Shown in pieces: positions 31,058 through 32,163 of a stretch of 32,163 bases of DNA. Origin of the DNA: Basidioascus undulatus. Its lineage: Eukaryota. The stretch is from the NCBI GenBank assembly GCA_000826855.1, contig JTLS01000094.1, positions 1 through 32,163 on the forward strand, given 5' to 3'. Position 1 is the stretch's first letter. The number at the start of each line of letters is the position of its first letter. The notes beneath the pieces are model-generated. The model was not told the origin of the DNA, did not search any database, and saw only the letters and a list, made by a program, of their open reading frames with translations. The position numbers and the translations under genes are program-made.

Positions 31058-32163
31058 CGTTGGCAAGTTGAAGGTGGCGAAACGTCGAGCACAGAAGTGT
31101 TGTTGGGGAGTGATTTTGTCCATGTGGGGAAACAAGTATTGTCCCCCATAGGCCCTTTCAACGCTCAGATATTCCCATCCAGACCAGAAACACCCGTTTG
31201 AACGCAGACAGACGGCAGTATGCTTCCACTTTTCAGATGCGCCCGACCCGGCCAGCCAAACCCATCAGGCACGGCGTTCGCATGCCTGAGCCCATCCCGC
31301 ACGAGACATAGGTGGCGCGATCACTCTTCTGGGGGAAAGTCTGCAACAATTTGCGGCCGGTACTGACAGTTATGTGTGAAAAATATATATCTATTAGTAG
31401 CGATGCACGGCTCTCCACGGAGGACCTCGACGGGCGTAGCGTGTGCGGTCGGTTCAGATGGAACGTGGCATGATCCCGGCCGGCCTTCAACGTTCCCTAT
31501 GAGATTTGAAAGCATACAGCGACTTCATGTTCTCCTTGTCTCCTGGATCTCCACATACTAAGGTGGCAGGACATTGACAAGACTGCGACGCAGATCGAAT
31601 CTCCGTTTCAGCGATAAACACCTCCTTAGCTTTCACGTAGATCCACATAGCTTCTAGGGTGAGAACAAAATGATTGAAATACCTGGAAAATGTAACCTAC
31701 GACTGAACACTGCCGAGAGCTTTGTGAAGGATGCCAAGTCGGCTTGCAGTCAAACCCATGACTTCGTCGAATGTCCCCGAAGAACAAGCCCGTCTTCAGG
31801 GAAACTTCATGGTCGGAACGTTTCAGTGATCCAAAATACCTGTAGGGATCCTCTACAATTCAGACCAGCTGCGTAACGATGCTTGACTCGGCATCTGCGA
31901 GTAGTACAGGTACCTCGACCATGAATGGCTGCATTATATACCTGTATCTCTTAGACATCCAGCAATTATGTGCTAAAATTGCTCATAAGAATGGATACCG
32001 ATCTCAGCGACGTGTTTTGCCCCCAGATCGTTTGTATCAGATTGACTTCTTCATTTAAATTTATTTAGACACACATCGGTTCTTTAGCTCATCTGGGAGA
32101 GCGTCAGATTGAAGTCCTGAAGGTACCGTGTTCAATCCACGGAAGAACCATTCTTTTTGTCTT

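Overview
Eukaryotic, intron-rich DNA from a fungus, most likely a basidiomycete: introns are mostly 52-110 nt with GTGCGT/GTGAGT donors and CTGAC/CTAAC branch sites, and exons are GC-rich. Hand splicing gives a conserved core of intact genes. These are a CENP-L/Fta1-like kinetochore subunit (-), a 13-exon SH3-WW-RasGEF (Cdc25), a 9-exon Hen1-type small-RNA 2'-O-methyltransferase and a 24-exon Srs2/UvrD-like SF1 helicase; the last three are co-oriented and closely spaced. Two hypothetical spliced genes and the 5' end of a truncated gene are also present. The flanks hold decayed accessory genes: 4-5 F-box-like relics, a frameshifted small secreted Cys-rich protein gene and a CpG-depleted relic. 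I found no convincing new multi-gene system, RNA gene, CRISPR array or intact transposon. The best leads are a Trp-rich WG/GW (Argonaute-hook-like) tail on the fungal Hen1, BRC-like FxxA motifs in the helicase tail, and the local cluster of dead F-box genes. Family assignments come from motif recognition by eye, not from database searches.
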